A stretch of DNA of 64,000 bases from an uncultured Bacteroidales bacterium (lineage in GTDB: Bacteria; Bacteroidota; Bacteroidia; Bacteroidales; VadinHA17), in contig CAWALO010000015.1 in the NCBI GenBank assembly GCA_963782945.1, forward strand, positions 71,239 to 135,238, in the 5' to 3' direction. The notes beneath the pieces were generated by a model that was given only the letters and a program-made list of their open reading frames with translations, was not told where the DNA came from and made no database searches. Below, one piece after another: positions 1 through 9,298 of the stretch; the first letter of the stretch is position 1; each line of letters begins with the position of its first letter. The position numbers and the translations under genes were made by a program.

Positions 1-3000
1 GTTATGAATGATATAATCATCATTATTAAAGAGATCATCATCTGAAGCATCAGTCAGGTTTACAGTCTCCCTGGTCCTGAGGACATAATTTATGACCACC
101 TGTGCAATATTCTTACTTTCTGCAAGTGGTAAATGGTTCAGGACTCCTATCTTTTCTTTGTCTGTAAACGCTTCTCCCTCAATAAAAAGTTTTTCATCCT
201 CTTTCAAAAGTATATAACCCTTTTCGGCTCCTGCATTTGCAAGAATATTTTTAAGTAGCTTTTCAAGCAGTTTCTCAAGATGAATTTCACTGGAGATTGT
301 TTGTGAAGCTTTCAATGCTGCTGCCACATCAATGCTATCTATAGTGTTATTATACAGATTATTAACATCCCTTTGCTGCAGCCCTTCACCGTTAGCATCA
401 TGATATGAGACTGAGGATAGAAGTGCCGGATATATTTCATCAAGATGTCTGACCTTAGCTTTGGCCCCCCATTTTATGTAGAGATACCTGGCCTCAACCA
501 TATAACTCCTGGCAGTTAGTATATTGTTTTTATGAATATTATACCTGGCTGCAAGTTCGTTGGAGAGTGCTTCCTCATGAATGAATCCATTTTTATGAGC
601 AAACAAAATAGCTTTATCATAGTGATCCCTGGCCACTTGATCCCTTCCCCTGAGCCTGGCTCTTTCTGCTTCCACAAGATGCCATTTGTGAAGATGGTTT
701 TCCGGGGCATTTACTGCCCATTTCCTCAGAAGCCTCTGATTGGAATTAACCTTAGTATTCAGGTACTTCCGTTTAGACCATGCCAGCTGAGAACTGCTTT
801 CAAGAAAGATAAGTGAAGAATAAAAATTTAAAAGTGGGAGATATACCATACCGATAAGAGATTCTTTATACTTTTCAGCCAGCAGGGCAGTTTGAAATGC
901 TTCTTTTTTGTTACCAAAAAAGTAATATATCATCCCTTTTAAAGTATATATTATTCCCAGGTGTGTAATGACATTATTTTTTATCAATCGGGGCAATACT
1001 TCATATTCATTGAAATATTCCCCGGCAAAAATCGTTCTGCTGTCAGAAACCCCCATGAAATTCAAAGCAAGCTGGGTGTTCAATCCGATTATATTAAGAA
1101 TCACCTTCTGATTGACTTTTTTTGCAAACTCAAAGGATTTCTTCAATTCAATTTCTGCTGAATCAAGGTTTAGACCGCTATGAAGCGAATGAATGCCAGC
1201 ATAGGCTGAACAATAAGATACATATTCATAATCACCTGTTTCCAGACCTCTCTGATAAGATTCCCTGAGGGGTTCAATTGTTGAACTTAGTTTATCCCTC
1301 CAATGCTTTGTAAACAGATTAAACAGGTAATTAACCTTTGTCTGATATTCTCTTGCATTGAGTTTGTTAAGCAATTCGATAGAGAATAGACCATATTGAT
1401 AGCCCAGCACTATATTACCGGTTACACTGTGCAGGATGGCGCCATATACTTCATATCCATAAGGTGAGAAAACGGAATTTCCATACCTGACTGACAGTTT
1501 TACCATTTTCAATCCCATATTAATGGCGAGCGGAGTATTTCCATAATATGCTGAGCTGGCTGCATTCATCAGGATCCTCATGGCAGCCAGCTTACGATCA
1601 TCCTTCATCGGAGGAAGCTCTCTTAAGTCATCCAATGTCTTATTGATTAACAATAATCTCAGCTTCAACAGGGTAATAAGGACGGTAAATCTTCTTGGCT
1701 CCTTATTAATATAAACCCCAAGTTCTCTCAGGATCTCAATAGCTGTTTCCACTGCATCTTTAAGCCTTGCCCTGGCAAGTAACGATTGAATAATAATTTC
1801 ATTGATCTTTATTTTATCGAGCAGAGATCTTGAGTTGGTCAGGATCTCTTTGGATAGATCATCCATCTCTTCAAAGTTCCCGACAAGATAAGAGGCTTCG
1901 GCTGCTTCAGTGTATAAGGTCAGAGCCAGGGAATAACTATCATGCCAGCAACTTTTTCCTATCAGCTCTATTCCAAGTACATAATAGCGGTAAGCAATCT
2001 CGTATGCTGTTGCAGCCTTTGCCTTTTTGCCTGCGAGGTAATTCAAACGGCCAAGTTTCTCCCTTTCAGCCTTATCCACAATCAATGCAATACCAGAATT
2101 CAAATGGTTGGTTATGTTGAAAATTTTATCTTCAAGTTCTTTCTCATTTGTATTACTCAATAGCAAGCGACCAATTTTCAAATGATATTCTTTCCTCTCC
2201 TTTTCTTCAATTAATGAATAGGCAGCATTATGCACCCTGTCATGTGAGAACCTGTAAAACAGATCCACCTTCCCGCTGTCATAATCAATAAATCTGTAAA
2301 CGTCCACTAAAGGCAGAATAAGCTCTTCCTGCAGTGCCTCCCACAGATCGTCTGCAGTTTCACCAACAGTTTTTTCACTTACTATAGACAGCGTTCTTAA
2401 ATCAAATTGATTTCCTATGCATGCGGCAAGTTTCAATATGTATTGTGTCTTTACAGAAAGCTTTTGAATCTTTTGAACCATTAAATCCACAACATTGTCT
2501 GTCACTTTCATCTCTTCAATCTTTCCGGTTTCCCACTGCCAGACCATCAGTTCATTATTAAATTCAAAAAGATTATTTTTATATACCAGATTCAAAAATT
2601 GAATAAGGAAAAATGGATTTCCATTTGTCTTTTTAAGGCAAAGCTTTGCAAGCTTTTCTGTTTTTGCCGGCTGGCATTTCAATGTATCGGTAAGTAATTG
2701 ATTTACATTGTTAAAATCAAGTGATGTCAGCAAAACGGTGTTGATCCTTGTTCCTGCTTTTCTATTTTTTTCGATAATAGCCAGAAGAGGATGGCTGATA
2801 TCAATTTCATTATCCCTGTAAGCTCCGATGAAAAAAAGATAATTTATGCCGGGGTCTGTCAGTATCAAATCCACAAGATTCAGAGATGGAAGATCAATCC
2901 ATTGCAAATCATCAAGGAAAATTGTCAGGGGATGCCTTTCATTGGAAAATGTTCCAATGAAATTGCTGAAATAGAGATTAAACCTGTTTTGTGATTCCTG

Positions 3001-4305
3001 GGTTGGCAGCTGAGGTACCGGAGGTTGAATTCCAATAATAAGTTCCACCTCTGGAATGACATCTATTATTACCTGACCGTTTGGCCCTACAGCTTCCATG
3101 ATTTTTGCTCTCCATGAAGTAATTTGCTCTTCATTCTCTGTCAGAATCTGTCTTATTAATTGCTGAAAAGCCTGAATAATGGAGTGATATGGAATATTTT
3201 TCTTGAACTGTTCAAATTTTCCTGAAATGAAATATCCTCTCTTTGCAACAACTGACTTATGGATCTCATTAACAAGGGCAGATTTTCCTATCCCTGCATA
3301 ACCACAGACCATTGTCATCTCCTTGTTCCCCTGGCAAATCCTGTCAAAGGAATCCAGCAGCATCTCAATCTCTTTTTCCCTGCCATACAATTTTTGAGGG
3401 ATCTGAAACCTGTTGGAAAAATCCTTTCCGGCAAATTTAAATCCGCATATCTTACCTGTACTGTTCAGTTGTTCAAGACAGTTTTCCAGATCAGCTTTTA
3501 ATCCGAATGCATTTTGATAACGTTCTTCCGCACTTTTTGACATTAATTTGAAAATGATTGCCAAGAGAATCTCATAACTTGCCTTCTCCGTACTTCTGAA
3601 AGGAACTTTGATCCGGGAGAGTGGAACAGGATCTCTGGCTATATGGCAATGAACCAATTCCATAGGATCACTGGACTGAAAAGGCAGTTGGCCTAAAAGT
3701 ACCTCATAAAAGGTCACTCCAAGGGAATACAAATCGGTACGATAATCAAGCATCCTGTTCATCCTCCCTGTCTGCTCCGGAGATATATAACTGATTGTGC
3801 CCTCAAACTCCCTGGGATTCTGAATAAATGCAACCTCACGTGACAGTATTGTGGAAATACCAAAATCAATGATCCGGACCTGCCCATTCTCCTGATTCCA
3901 GACTATGTTGGTTGGATTAATGTTTTTATGAATGATATTGAACTGGTGCAGCCTACCCAGGATATCACAAAGCTTTATTGAAAGTTTAAGAAATTCATTA
4001 AGATCAAGCCTGCGGATTTCAATTATTTTCTTTAATGATTCTCCATTAAAATCCTCCATGACAAGAGTATAATTGTTATTAAAGTTTTCAAATCCCAAGA
4101 CTTTAATAATACCTTCAAGGCTTATACTCCTGAGTATCTCATATTCATGCCTTAAACGATTGATCCTGTCAGTACCCGGATATTCACCCTTCAGGATCTT
4201 TAAAATAACCGGTTTTTGCATTTCGTCGTTGAGAGCCCGGTATACGTAGGAATTATAGCTTTCATAGAGCTTTTCTCTAAGTTGATATCCAGGTATAGCA
4301 ACCAT
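1..4305 (-). CDS. Multidomain sensor protein: Ser/Thr-kinase-like domain, AAA_16/STAND-type P-loop ATPase, TPR-like helical region and the start of a GAF domain. The 3' end runs off the left window edge.
   Basis: Absent from the ORF track because it has no stop in the window. My minus-strand translation from the ATG (complement of 4303-4305) stays open for 1,435 codons to position 1; the in-frame upstream stop is at 4381-4383. The N-terminus reads MVAIPGYQLREKLYESYNSYVYRA. Kinase-like motifs: VILKILK, IIHKNINPTN, IIDFGIS, ISPEQ. Walker A is GYAGIGKSAL and Walker B is IFLDDLQWID. A long helical repeat region follows, and a GAF-like segment (LKASQTISSEIHLEKLLEKLLKNILANAGAEKGYILL) lies near the edge. 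Confidence 0.8.
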   Translation of the reverse strand, partial: MVAIPGYQLREKLYESYNSYVYRALNDEMQKPVILKILKGEYPGTDRINRLRHEYEILRSISLEGIIKVLGFENFNNNYTLVMEDFNGESLKKIIEIRRLDLNEFLKLSIKLCDILGRLHQFNIIHKNINPTNIVWNQENGQVRIIDFGISTILSREVAFIQNPREFEGTISYISPEQTGRMNRMLDYRTDLYSLGVTFYEVLLGQLPFQSSDPMELVHCHIARDPVPLSRIKVPFRSTEKASYEILLAIIFKLMSKSAEERYQNAFGLKADLENCLEQLNSTGKICGFKFAGKDFSNRFQIPQKLYGREKEIEMLLDSFDRICQGNKEMTMVCGYAGIGKSALVNEIHKSVVAKRGYFISGKFEQFKKNIPYHSIIQAFQQLIRQILTENEEQITSWRAKIMEAVGPNGQVIIDVIPEVELIIGIQPPVPQLPTQESQNRFNLYFSNFIGTFSNERHPLTIFLDDLQWIDLPSLNLVDLILTDPGINYLFFIGAYRDNEIDISHPLLAIIEKNRKAGTRINTVLLTSLDFNNVNQLLTDTLKCQPAKTEKLAKLCLKKTNGNPFFLIQFLNLVYKNNLFEFNNELMVWQWETGKIEEMKVTDNVVDLMVQKIQKLSVKTQYILKLAACIGNQFDLRTLSIVSEKTVGETADDLWEALQEELILPLVDVYRFIDYDSGKVDLFYRFSHDRVHNAAYSLIEEKERKEYHLKIGRLLLSNTNEKELEDKIFNITNHLNSGIALIVDKAEREKLGRLNYLAGKKAKAATAYEIAYRYYVLGIELIGKSCWHDSYSLALTLYTEAAEASYLVGNFEEMDDLSKEILTNSRSLLDKIKINEIIIQSLLARARLKDAVETAIEILRELGVYINKEPRRFTVLITLLKLRLLLINKTLDDLRELPPMKDDRKLAAMRILMNAASSAYYGNTPLAINMGLKMVKLSVRYGNSVFSPYGYEVYGAILHSVTGNIVLGYQYGLFSIELLNKLNAREYQTKVNYLFNLFTKHWRDKLSSTIEPLRESYQRGLETGDYEYVSYCSAYAGIHSLHSGLNLDSAEIELKKSFEFAKKVNQKVILNIIGLNTQLALNFMGVSDSRTIFAGEYFNEYEVLPRLIKNNVITHLGIIYTLKGMIYYFFGNKKEAFQTALLAEKYKESLIGMVYLPLLNFYSSLIFLESSSQLAWSKRKYLNTKVNSNQRLLRKWAVNAPENHLHKWHLVEAERARLRGRDQVARDHYDKAILFAHKNGFIHEEALSNELAARYNIHKNNILTARSYMVEARYLYIKWGAKAKVRHLDEIYPALLSSVSYHDANGEGLQQRDVNNLYNNTIDSIDVAAALKASQTISSEIHLEKLLEKLLKNILANAGAEKGYILLKEDEKLFIEGEAFTDKEKIGVLNHLPLAESKNIAQVVINYVLRTRETVNLTDASDDDLFNNDDYIIHN

Positions 4306-4665
4306 AAAAGCTGATTTTATCGTATCTCCACCCACAAACTGAATTTGCGTCAGCAGCGCAAGTGCTGTGAGAACAAAGGTTTAGATGGAATTTTGTTTAA
4401 GGAGAGATAATTAAGAGTTCTCTGATTAAATAAGACATAAATTATCCCTGTATAATTATTTACAGGATCAATTCAACATCACCTTAATCTGACTTTTAAG
4501 GGCCTGTTCCAATAAAAAACAGGATCGTCAGCTCAGGCATCTGCCTGATAAACAATATTTCAGTAAATTTATTTAATAAATCAGCACAAAGCAAATAAAC
4601 TTTTAGCCCTTCAGCGTAGTCCCATTTAAAAATAAATTAAATTACACCCTTTAATTATTATTATT

Positions 4666-5598
4666 ATGCATCAGGAGCCCGTTATAGAGGTAATTAATGT
4701 CTGGAAATCCTTCAAGACAGTTCAGGCGGTGAGGGGCATTAATCTTAAAATAACCAAAGGGCAGTTTATTGCTTTGCTGGGGCCTAACGGAGCCGGGAAA
4801 ACCACCCTCGTGGAGATGATTGAGGGAATCCAGAAACCGGATAAGGGAGAAATAATGATTATGGGCAAGAAATGGAGAGGCAATGAGGATGAGCTTCATC
4901 ATATAATTGGTCTTTCTCTGCAGGAAACAAGGTTCATTGACAAATTGAGGGTTTCGGAAACCCTTCTGTTGTTCGCCGGATTTTTTAACCTCGGCAAAGA
5001 ACGCGTAAATGAAATAATTGAAATAGTAGGACTGGAGGAAAAACGAAAATCTTATGTTGTTAATCTATCAGGAGGACAAAGGCAGAGACTTGCTATCGGA
5101 ATAGCACTCATTAATAAGCCGGCAATTCTCCTTCTTGATGAACCTACTACCGGGCTGGATCCAAACGCGCGACGTGAGATATGGGAGATCCTGAGGAATC
5201 TGAAGGAAAAGTCGGAAACATCAATGATCCTGACCACGCATTATATGGAAGAAGCCGAAAACCTCTGCGATTATATTGTGATAATGGACAGCGGAACAAT
5301 ACTTAAAGAAGGGACATTAAATCAGCTTCTGGAGGAGGAAACTAACGAAAAGGTTGTTGAATTCACTGTTGAAAACGGATTACCTGATTTTGTCAAAGCT
5401 GACTGGCTGCCATTCCTGATTCATCCCGGGGAAACCAGAGATAAAGGATTTGTAACACTAAGGGATTTTGAAACCGATCTTCCTGCTTTCATGACAATCA
5501 TGAAATCGAATAATATAACTCTTAAACACATGGAATGCCGGCGGAAAACCCTTGATGACCTGTTTGTTTCACTAACAGGAAGGAAGATCAATGACTAG
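4666..5598 (+). CDS. ABC transporter ATP-binding protein (ABC-2 exporter type)
   Basis: Walker [10 protein letters not shown], signature LSGGQRQRL, Walker B ILLLDEPTTGLD. Its stop overlaps the start of the downstream permease gene (ATGACTAG). Confidence 0.9.
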   Translation: MHQEPVIEVINVWKSFKTVQAVRGINLKITKGQFIALLGPNGAGKTTLVEMIEGIQKPDKGEIMIMGKKWRGNEDELHHIIGLSLQETRFIDKLRVSETLLLFAGFFNLGKERVNEIIEIVGLEEKRKSYVVNLSGGQRQRLAIGIALINKPAILLLDEPTTGLDPNARREIWEILRNLKEKSETSMILTTHYMEEAENLCDYIVIMDSGTILKEGTLNQLLEEETNEKVVEFTVENGLPDFVKADWLPFLIHPGETRDKGFVTLRDFETDLPAFMTIMKSNNITLKHMECRRKTLDDLFVSLTGRKIND

Positions 5599-6733
5599 AT
5601 TGTTAAGATTCAGACAGCTGGGCCAGCTTATTGCGGCACTTTTCCGCGAAATCATACGTGAACCCGGGGTGCTGTTCTGGGGGATCCTCTTCCCTATTCT
5701 GATGTCACTCGGGCTCGGTTTGGCTTTTGCCAAAAAAGCTGACGTTACGAGAAAAGTTGCTGTCATATCTGGCTCTGAGGTCCACTCTGCAGAAAAGGAA
5801 ACCGGGGCTGCCGATGATTTTTTTCAGAACAGTTGCGAACGGAATACTTCTGAAGAAAAGGAAGAATGGAAATGGAAATATGTTATAAAAGATGAGAAAC
5901 TCGGCAACTCAATCTTCCTTTTTTACTCTATGCCCTGGAAAGAGGCCATGCAGCTGCTGAAAAGAGGCACAATCAATGTCCTTCTTATTGACCGCAACGG
6001 CTCCGTTGAATATCATTTTGACCCGATGAACCCTGATGCACAGCTCACCTATCTAAAACTCGGCAATATTATCGGAAAGGGTGAAATAATTCAGGAAAAG
6101 AGCCACTCGGAAATAAAACCGCTCACTGTCACAGGAACCCGGTATATTGATTTTCTTGTTCCCGGTCTTATTACAATGGGAGTTATGATGTCATGCATGT
6201 GGGGCATCAGCTACGGGATAATTGAAAAGAGATCCAAAAAGCTTTTACGAAGGCTGGTTGCCACACCCATGAAGAAATCGCATTTCCTTATTGCGCTGAT
6301 AACAGTAAGGATTGCCATGAATTTTATTGAATCAGGCATCCTCTTTCTCTTTTCTCTTATCGCATTTAATATAACAATACAGGGGGATCTCTCCGCACTC
6401 ATCCTTATGTTCCTCGCCGGAAATATCGCTTTTTCCGGGATAGCTGTTTTAGTCTCATCCCATACTTCAAATACGGAAGTAGGAAACGGACTTATTAATT
6501 TTGTTGTCTTCCCGATGATGGTACTGTCAGGTATTTTCTTCAGCTACCAGAATTTCCCTGACTGGAGTCTTCCTGTGATAAGAAACCTGCCGCTTACGAT
6601 TCTCACCGACGGTATAAGAAGTATTTTCAATGAAGGTGCCGGGTATAATGAAGTGGCACTTCCCATAATTATACTGCTTACAACCGGAGTCCTCTTCTTT
6701 TCTGCAGGACTAAAAATATTCAAGTGGCACTAA
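5591..6733 (+). CDS. ABC-2 family transporter permease
   Basis: 380 aa with an N-terminal TM segment, a large loop and a C-terminal cluster of hydrophobic helices. Translationally coupled to the upstream ATPase gene. Confidence 0.8.
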   Translation: MTRLLRFRQLGQLIAALFREIIREPGVLFWGILFPILMSLGLGLAFAKKADVTRKVAVISGSEVHSAEKETGAADDFFQNSCERNTSEEKEEWKWKYVIKDEKLGNSIFLFYSMPWKEAMQLLKRGTINVLLIDRNGSVEYHFDPMNPDAQLTYLKLGNIIGKGEIIQEKSHSEIKPLTVTGTRYIDFLVPGLITMGVMMSCMWGISYGIIEKRSKKLLRRLVATPMKKSHFLIALITVRIAMNFIESGILFLFSLIAFNITIQGDLSALILMFLAGNIAFSGIAVLVSSHTSNTEVGNGLINFVVFPMMVLSGIFFSYQNFPDWSLPVIRNLPLTILTDGIRSIFNEGAGYNEVALPIIILLTTGVLFFSAGLKIFKWH

Positions 6734-6811
6734 AATTTATATTTTAATGCATCAGATTGATTTTTCTGCTGTCTTTATTGTGAATTACGTAAATCCTAAT
6801 AAAGTAGAAAT

Positions 6812-7531
6812 ATGAAAAATCTGAGATTATTAATTTTTGCCATCACTGTTCTTGGGATCTCCTGTTCTGTCGATGGTCAGTGGGGGAAAACAGTCCACGG
6901 GAACCACAATGTCATCAAATCTGAAAGAAAACTGGATTCCTTCACAGGGATCAAGGTAAGCTCAGGTGTCGACGTTTATCTTAAACAGGGAGATAATGAA
7001 TCCGTAACAGTGGAAGCGGATGAGAACCTTCATGAATATATTATTACAGAAATTAAAGGAGGAGTGCTTCATGTTTATACTGAGGTTAGTATAAGAGATG
7101 CTTCTAAAGAACGGGTTTATGTCACTATGAAAGAGATAAAAAGTGTTGAGACAAGCAGTGCAGGTGACATTGTAGGTGAATCGCCTGTCAGGAGTGATGA
7201 ACTCAGATTATCGGCCAGCAGTGCCGGAGACATTAAACTGGAAGTGTATGCCAGAGAAATAGATCTGAATATAAGCAGCTCAGGGGATATGACTCTCACC
7301 GGGGAGACGGACGAACTCGATGCAGATCTCAGCAGCGCCGGCGATCTGAATGCCTTCGAACTGAAGGCTAAAGAGGCTGAGATCTCTGTTTCAAGTGCTG
7401 GAGATGCTGATATCAATGTTTCGGAAAAAATTACTGCAAGAGCATCCAGTGCAGGTGATATAAATTATAAAGGAGATCCGAAATACGTGGATGTCCATAC
7501 TTCCAGTGCAGGTGGAATACATAAGAGATAG
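6812..7531 (+). CDS. Secreted or lipoprotein with a DUF2807/GIN-like (adhesin-head-like) beta-helical repeat domain
   Basis: Signal peptide with a Cys (LGISCSVDG). SSAGD occurs about 8 times at a period of roughly 20 aa, resembling the SGSGD repeats of DUF2807 proteins. Confidence 0.6.
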   Translation: MKNLRLLIFAITVLGISCSVDGQWGKTVHGNHNVIKSERKLDSFTGIKVSSGVDVYLKQGDNESVTVEADENLHEYIITEIKGGVLHVYTEVSIRDASKERVYVTMKEIKSVETSSAGDIVGESPVRSDELRLSASSAGDIKLEVYAREIDLNISSSGDMTLTGETDELDADLSSAGDLNAFELKAKEAEISVSSAGDADINVSEKITARASSAGDINYKGDPKYVDVHTSSAGGIHKR

Positions 7532-7566
7532 TTACTTTTCAATATATAGATCCCATCATTATTATG

Positions 7567-7598
7567 AGCCGCCGGAATGTTTCCGACGGCTTATTTTA
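7567..7598 (+). terminator. Candidate intrinsic terminator after the DUF2807-like gene
   Basis: Hairpin AGCCGCCGG-aatgttt-CCGACGGCT (8 of 9 bp paired) followed by TATTTTA. The T-tract is weak. Confidence 0.45.
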
Positions 7599-7625
7599 TA
7601 GCTTTCTTATCAGGATCAAAAAAGG

Positions 7626-7699
7626 TTTCCCGCTGAAATCGCTGATTTTCGCAGATATATCTTTTGTAATCTGCGCAGATCTGCGATATCAGCGGGAAA
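7626..7699. repeat. Imperfect inverted repeat with 31-nt arms (27/31 complementary) and a 12-nt spacer. Each arm is three heptamers.
   Basis: Left arm is tttcccgctgaaatcgctgattttcgcagat (7626-7656). Right arm is atctgcgcagatctgcgatatcagcgggaaa (7669-7699). The right arm reads ATCTGCG(7669) ATCTGCG(7679) ATCAGCG(7688). The left arm carries the complements at 7631, 7640 and 7650. It sits between two convergent genes. Confidence 0.75.
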
Positions 7700-7703
7700 T
7701 AAA

Positions 7704-9044
7704 TTAATTAAGCTTATGCTTCTCAATAAAATCATCAATCACCTCTGAAAGATCTGGTTTCCCAATCTCCTGAAGATCATAATAAACCCTTGTGTTTGGT
7801 TTTGTTATTTTTATAATTCTGTTCAGGTCGATAGGCGTGGCAATGATTACACTGTCGCAATCAGTATTATTTATTGTGGTTTCCAGATCTTTTAACTGTT
7901 GCTCACCATAACCCATTGCGGGCAGCAGGGTACCGATTCCAGGATATAACCTGAACGTCTCGCTGAGTCGTCCAACTGTAAACGGTCGTGGATCAACAAG
8001 CTCTGTTGCTCCGAATTTTCTTGCAGCAACAACGCCTGCCCCAATTTTCATCTCACCATGTGTGAGTGTCGGGCCATCCTCAACCACAAGAACTCTCTTT
8101 CCCCTTATCAATGATGCATCATCGACTTTTATCGGAGAAGCGCCATCAACAACAATTGCTTTTGGATTAACCTTCTCAATACTCTCACGAACTACCTGAA
8201 TTGCTTCCGGGGATGCGCTGTCGATCTTGTTAATCACAACAACATCAGCAAGCCTTAGTGTTACCTCTCCAGGGTAATACCTCAGTTCATGACCGGCACG
8301 GTGAGGATCGGTGACCGTTATCATAAGATCAGGCTTGTAAAAAGGGAAATCATTATTGCCTCCATCCCATAGAATTACATCACATCCGGAAGGATCCTTT
8401 TCGGCAGCCCTGAGTATTGCCTCATAATCAACCCCTGCATATATCACATTTCCCCGTACTACATGCGGTTCGTATTCTTCCATCTCTTCAATGGTGCATC
8501 TATGCGCTTCAAGATCCTTTACCTCAGCAAACCGCTGAATTTTCTGGGCATTGAGATCCCCATAAGGCATGGGGTGACGTACTGCAACCACTTTCAAACC
8601 TCGTTCCATAAGAAGCTCAATTACCCTTCTTGAGGTCTGACTCTTTCCACAGCCTGTCCTTATCGCGCCAACAGCTATAACCGGCCTGGTGCTTTTTACC
8701 ATAGTAGCTGCAGGACCAAGGAGAACAAAGTTGGATCCTGCCGAATTCACTATTGCTCCTACAGACATAACTTTCTGGTACGTAATGTCGCTGTAGGAGA
8801 ATACACAATCAGATACATTAAACTCTTTTATCAGGTCGGGCAGGCTATCTTCATTATAAATCGGAATGCCATCAGGATAGAGTTTGCCGGCAAGTTCACC
8901 GGGATATTTTCTACCGTCAATGTCTGGTATCTGTGCTGCAGTAAATGCAACCACATTACAGTTCTCATTATCCCTGTAACAAGTATTGAAATTATGGAAA
9001 TCACGCCCTGCAGCGCCAATTATGATGACATTTTTCCTTATCAT
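7704..9044 (-). CDS. COG2403-type predicted P-loop NTPase (cyclic 2,3-diphosphoglycerate synthetase-like family)
   Basis: 446 aa. N-terminus is IIIGAAGRDFHNF and the P-loop is GAIRTGCGKSQT. Overall resemblance to the family annotated as predicted GTPase / cDPG synthetase-like is from memory, not searched. Confidence 0.55.
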   Translation of the reverse strand: MIRKNVIIIGAAGRDFHNFNTCYRDNENCNVVAFTAAQIPDIDGRKYPGELAGKLYPDGIPIYNEDSLPDLIKEFNVSDCVFSYSDITYQKVMSVGAIVNSAGSNFVLLGPAATMVKSTRPVIAVGAIRTGCGKSQTSRRVIELLMERGLKVVAVRHPMPYGDLNAQKIQRFAEVKDLEAHRCTIEEMEEYEPHVVRGNVIYAGVDYEAILRAAEKDPSGCDVILWDGGNNDFPFYKPDLMITVTDPHRAGHELRYYPGEVTLRLADVVVINKIDSASPEAIQVVRESIEKVNPKAIVVDGASPIKVDDASLIRGKRVLVVEDGPTLTHGEMKIGAGVVAARKFGATELVDPRPFTVGRLSETFRLYPGIGTLLPAMGYGEQQLKDLETTINNTDCDSVIIATPIDLNRIIKITKPNTRVYYDLQEIGKPDLSEVIDDFIEKHKLN

Positions 9045-9057
9045 AAATCCTCCCTGT
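9045..9057 (-). promoter_or_regulatory. Shine-Dalgarno-like ribosome-binding site (CAGGGAGGATTT-ATG)
   Basis: The minus strand immediately upstream of the 9044 start reads cagGGAGGatttATG. No other gene start I inspected in the window has a comparable GGAGG. Confidence 0.45.
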
Positions 9058-9088
9058 TCTGTTAATATTTATTTGCTTTAATAATAAG

Positions 9089-9106
9089 ATTCATTTTAAA
9101 ATGAAT
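9089..9106. repeat. Perfect 18-bp palindrome ATTCATTTTAAAATGAAT in the divergent promoter region
   Basis: Read directly from the sequence. Lies 45-62 nt upstream of the COG2403-type gene start and about 190 nt upstream of acpH. Confidence 0.7.
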
Positions 9107-9298
9107 GAACAAATTTATACTTTGCGTACTGAAATTCCGAGCATTTTCAGGTATTTTTTGAAATGCCGATTCTATACTTTAATTTTCTTATTTACAATTA
9201 GTTATCTGGCATCTTAAGGGGTACTGAAAACATGTTAAAGAAAATGTTTTCTGTCAGGTAAACAATATGGCAAATTCTTTGTACTATTATGTCATAAT

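Noticed and set aside
516-3501. Short track ORFs at 516-710(-), 532-816(+), 961-1161(+), 1830-2120(+), 1942-2163(+), 2791-2994(+) and 3259-3501(+)
   Set aside because: All lie inside, or antisense to, the uninterrupted 1,435-codon kinase-like ORF on the minus strand. Their sequences are low-complexity and Cys/Phe/Ile-rich, typical of shadow frames.
4447-4466. Hairpin/palindrome CCTGTA-taattatt-TACAGG (and a similar CTGTAAATA-aaatgt-TATTTACAG at 36128-36151) as CRP/FNR-type sites
   Set aside because: The two copies have different half-site spacing (8 vs 6 nt loops, different stem lengths). Short A/T-rich palindromes are expected by chance in these AT-rich promoter regions. There is no further support.
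9089-9106. The palindrome ATTCATTTTAAAATGAAT as an ARG box
   Set aside because: The half-sites are in the reverse arrangement (ATTCA...TGAAT rather than TGAAT...ATTCA). The flanking 14-mers do not complete canonical boxes on either side.
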